A model generated the notes under the pieces. The model worked only from the letters and a program-made list of their open reading frames with translations, ran no database searches and was not told where the DNA came from. DNA of 64,000 nucleotides from Dehalococcoidia bacterium (GTDB lineage Bacteria > Chloroflexota > Dehalococcoidia > Lucifugimonadales > UBA1123): NCBI GenBank assembly GCA_963668275.2, contig OY764155.1:2501219-2565218 (forward strand), read 5' to 3'. How positions within the stretch are numbered: position 1 is the first letter of the stretch; each line of letters begins with the position of its first letter. The translations under genes were made by a program, and so were the position numbers. Of this stretch, positions 61,560-64,000 are shown piece by piece.

Positions 61560-61784
61560 GAAAGTTGGCTCGACGAGGTTCTCGCTACATTTGTAGTTAT
61601 ACCTATGGATTCGAACACTTTTAGAGAATGGGCGCGACTCAAGCACAGAAAGTCACTTCCCTTGGAAAAGGACGCGATGATCGCGGCGACTGCCAGAGTG
61701 AATCGGCTCATTGTGGTCACCAGGAACACGCGAGACTTCGTAGAACTCGGAGTGGACTGCCTGAACCCGTTCGAGACTCAGTAA
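61560..61784 (+). pseudogene. vapC: PIN-domain VapC toxin, C-terminal ~74 codons only
   Basis: The frame opens right at the IS end: ESWLDEVLATFVVIPMDSNTFREWARLKHRKSLPLEKDAMIAATARVNRLIVVTRNTRDFVELGVDCLNPFETQ, stop 61782-61784. No N-terminal half on either side. Confidence 0.7.
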
Positions 61785-61797
61785 ATCCCCATCTCGT

Positions 61798-63822
61798 TTA
61801 CTGAGCGGACAGCCGCTTCCTCACTTCGTCCACTGTCTCGCCCGTGACCGGGACTATCAGGAGCTCTATTAACCAGTCCGACAGCAGGCCGGCCGTCGTC
61901 CCGGGGAGAACCCCAACGGCTTCGGCTTCCCTCAGAACCCTGATGAGCATATCCAATGACTCATTGGCGAACAGTCTCACCCTCACCTCGTCCGGCATCT
62001 CGCCCGTAACCGGCGCTATCAAGTCTATGATGAACCAGTCTGAAATCAGGTCGGATAGAGCGTCCGATAGACCTCCCAGGTCTCTCGCTTCCCTCAGAAC
62101 CAGGACGAGAAAGTCCAGCGAAACGGGCGTGGGGACCGGGGTCGGTTCAGGCGTCGGTTCCACAGTTGGTGTCGGAGTGGGTTCAGGCGTCGGTTCCGGG
62201 GTTGATGTCGGGGTCGGCTCAGGCGTTGGTTCCTCGGTTGGGGTCGTATCGGCGCTTCCGGTGTCCAAGTGGTTGCCAGCCAGATCCAAAACGCTCCCTA
62301 TCACCTCGACCTCGGGCTCAGCGTCTGCGGCCAGAGGCGTAATCGTTAGGAAGATGTAATCCAGGCGCCCGCTGAAGATTTCAGCCTTTGCGGGAACTTC
62401 GCCATCAACGCGGAAGTCCGAATTCTGGACGGTGGAAGAGTCTATGTCTTCGCTGAAGCGCACCAGGATGCTGTTGTTTCTCGCCTTGGTCGAATCGTAT
62501 TCGGTCTTGTCGTCGCCGCTCTTGGAAGAGTCCCACCAGCGTCCGGTGGTAATGCTTACCATGACCGGCCCTGCATTGTCTATCCTGGTTGCGTATGGCT
62601 GGCATCCCGCTACATCATGATCTATGTTTACATCTGCCCTTTCAAGCTCACCCCTTGGAAACTCGTCGGGGTAACAGGGATTGTCCTTTCCATCAATGCT
62701 GGGTTGGCGGTCCGAAACCCCCAAGTTGCCAGCTGCATCCCGGGCAATCGCCCACCAGTAGATCGTGGCGTTGCTGTCCACATCCACGTCATTAGGGAGA
62801 ACCTGGTCCACGGTGAAGACGCCCCGGACTTCACTCACGTTGCCCCTGGCGGTGGAACTGACCTGGAACTCGTATTCACCGTATGGATCAATAATCCCGT
62901 TTGAATTTTCATCAACCGCGAAGATGATCCATATATCGTCTTCGCTGGCTATGCCGGAATCGCCATCGGTAACTTCGAATTCTATTTCCGGGTCAACTCT
63001 GCCGGCAGAGCCATGCTCGGGACTTGGATTCGAGAATGCAGGCGGCGTGGATTCTACCTTCAGCGTTGCGGAAACGTTTCGGTCCGGCTCCTCATCCATA
63101 TAGGTCAGTGTGATTACGTCGTCTTTGCCGACCGGCAAAACCGGCGGGTTGGACTCCGGCTCTTTGTGATGTGAGTGGGTGTTCAACAGCAGTCGGAAAA
63201 CGCCGCTGTTCGATCTCGTCTCACGCAGCTTTATCGTAAATCCGACGGGGTCCGCCTGCGATTTCACTTTCACCAAGTCGCCGGTATCGCCCGTACTCCA
63301 GCCCCAATAGACCGCGTAGAAGGAACCCGTGTATGGGGAAGTGAGGTCAACGCGGCCGTCTCTCCCCACATCCCTCACTTCGGGCTGTGGCAATTCAACG
63401 CCGTTTTCATCAACCAAAAGAATATCGTGCGCGTTGATGAATCCGTCGGTCTGACCGGTGATGACGTTGCCGGACTCTACGCCGCTGTCTAGGACCGGAA
63501 GGGCGCTCAGATAGAAAGTCCTCTGGTTGTCCAGTGTGATGAATTCCGCATCTACGCACTCGTCGCACTCGGGGTGTACCTGTTTGGGAGTATTGACGAA
63601 CTTGACGGCCACGTCCAGATCGGAGTCGGCTACTTCCAGGCCGACTTGTCCCTCCCGGCTTACCCATTCCTGGTCGTCGTCGGGGTCGGACGGCGTGTAG
63701 AATCTCACCGTCCCTGAGTCTGAGAGCGCGGGAGAGGTGGATGCTAGAGAGGCGAGAAACATCCCCAAGAGCAACAAAGGTATGAGTCGCCAGTAGCCTT
63801 TCATACTGCGCCGCCTCCCCAT
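61798..63822 (-). CDS. secreted surface (S-layer/adhesin-like) protein with a PT linker and a C-terminal tandem repeat
   Basis: Signal peptide LIPLLLLGMFLASLASTSPALS, Ig-like regions, (EPTP)n linker at 62122-62247, and two ~54-aa repeats at 61801-62121. Confidence 0.7.
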   Translation of the reverse strand: MGRRRSMKGYWRLIPLLLLGMFLASLASTSPALSDSGTVRFYTPSDPDDDQEWVSREGQVGLEVADSDLDVAVKFVNTPKQVHPECDECVDAEFITLDNQRTFYLSALPVLDSGVESGNVITGQTDGFINAHDILLVDENGVELPQPEVRDVGRDGRVDLTSPYTGSFYAVYWGWSTGDTGDLVKVKSQADPVGFTIKLRETRSNSGVFRLLLNTHSHHKEPESNPPVLPVGKDDVITLTYMDEEPDRNVSATLKVESTPPAFSNPSPEHGSAGRVDPEIEFEVTDGDSGIASEDDIWIIFAVDENSNGIIDPYGEYEFQVSSTARGNVSEVRGVFTVDQVLPNDVDVDSNATIYWWAIARDAAGNLGVSDRQPSIDGKDNPCYPDEFPRGELERADVNIDHDVAGCQPYATRIDNAGPVMVSITTGRWWDSSKSGDDKTEYDSTKARNNSILVRFSEDIDSSTVQNSDFRVDGEVPAKAEIFSGRLDYIFLTITPLAADAEPEVEVIGSVLDLAGNHLDTGSADTTPTEEPTPEPTPTSTPEPTPEPTPTPTVEPTPEPTPVPTPVSLDFLVLVLREARDLGGLSDALSDLISDWFIIDLIAPVTGEMPDEVRVRLFANESLDMLIRVLREAEAVGVLPGTTAGLLSDWLIELLIVPVTGETVDEVRKRLSAQ

Positions 63823-64000
63823 GAGTCTTAGCGGATGGTAGTTTGAAGACGCCTGATTTCTCTAGTTGATGACAGTCCCTATAGTGATTCTATCAGTAAA
63901 TCCTCCCATGTGTGGGCATTTGTCTCGCCCTGAATTATCCGAACTTACACCAGCGGCAGAGTTACCCTCTCGCCTCTCTGCATACTGATAGTAACGGCAT

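Noticed and set aside
61600-61625. tRNA T-arm-like GGATTCGAAC string
   Set aside because: The flanking bases do not form a T-stem or an acceptor stem. The string lies inside the vapC remnant reading frame.

Overview
This is a GC-rich bacterial chromosomal segment (roughly 60% G+C by eye), densely coding on both strands.

**Core genes:** mdh 3' end, a hexokinase-family kinase, proB-proA, an FAD oxidoreductase, an M24 aminopeptidase, a formylglycine-generating enzyme, a flavin-dependent halogenase, a UbiA-type transferase, an HdrD-like Fe-S oxidoreductase, a family III CoA-transferase, galU, an acyl-CoA dehydrogenase, tyrS, yifB/comM, an LLM oxidoreductase, an amidohydrolase, a sulfite/nitrite reductase and several MFS transporters.

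**Accessory islets:**
- A hicAB pair with a frame-broken toxin.
- A decayed type II R-M pair next to a decayed IS5-family element and an AT-richer islet.
- A second AT-richer islet plus an IS630 element. The IS630 abuts a 916-aa nuclease-like/N6-adenine-methyltransferase fusion, which is preceded by an overlapping HigA-like antidote gene with no toxin.
- Three Uma2 (DUF820) genes, two of them in a mosaic tandem.
- An 8.6-kb gene for a 2,874-aa secreted repeat protein containing an internal ~1.45-kb super-module duplication.
- A lipoprotein DUF1524/HNH nuclease carrying seven Excalibur domains.
- Two more IS elements, one of which truncates a vapC gene, followed by a large surface protein.

**Non-coding DNA** is unusually structured:
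- a ~140-bp MITE-like element (6 copies or fragments);
- an 8-bp-stem REP hairpin (5 copies);
- AATCCTG-type repeat clusters (5);
- three 7-nt-periodic, stop-codon-bearing tracts;
- a three-member conserved 5'-leader/ncRNA-like module;
- a perfect 10 x 14-bp microsatellite;
- a 2 x 36-bp tandem repeat.

The number of Uma2 genes and the repeat types suggest a Chloroflexota-like lineage, but this is inference only. No rRNA, tRNA or CRISPR array was recognised. All family calls come from motif recognition by eye; no searches were run.
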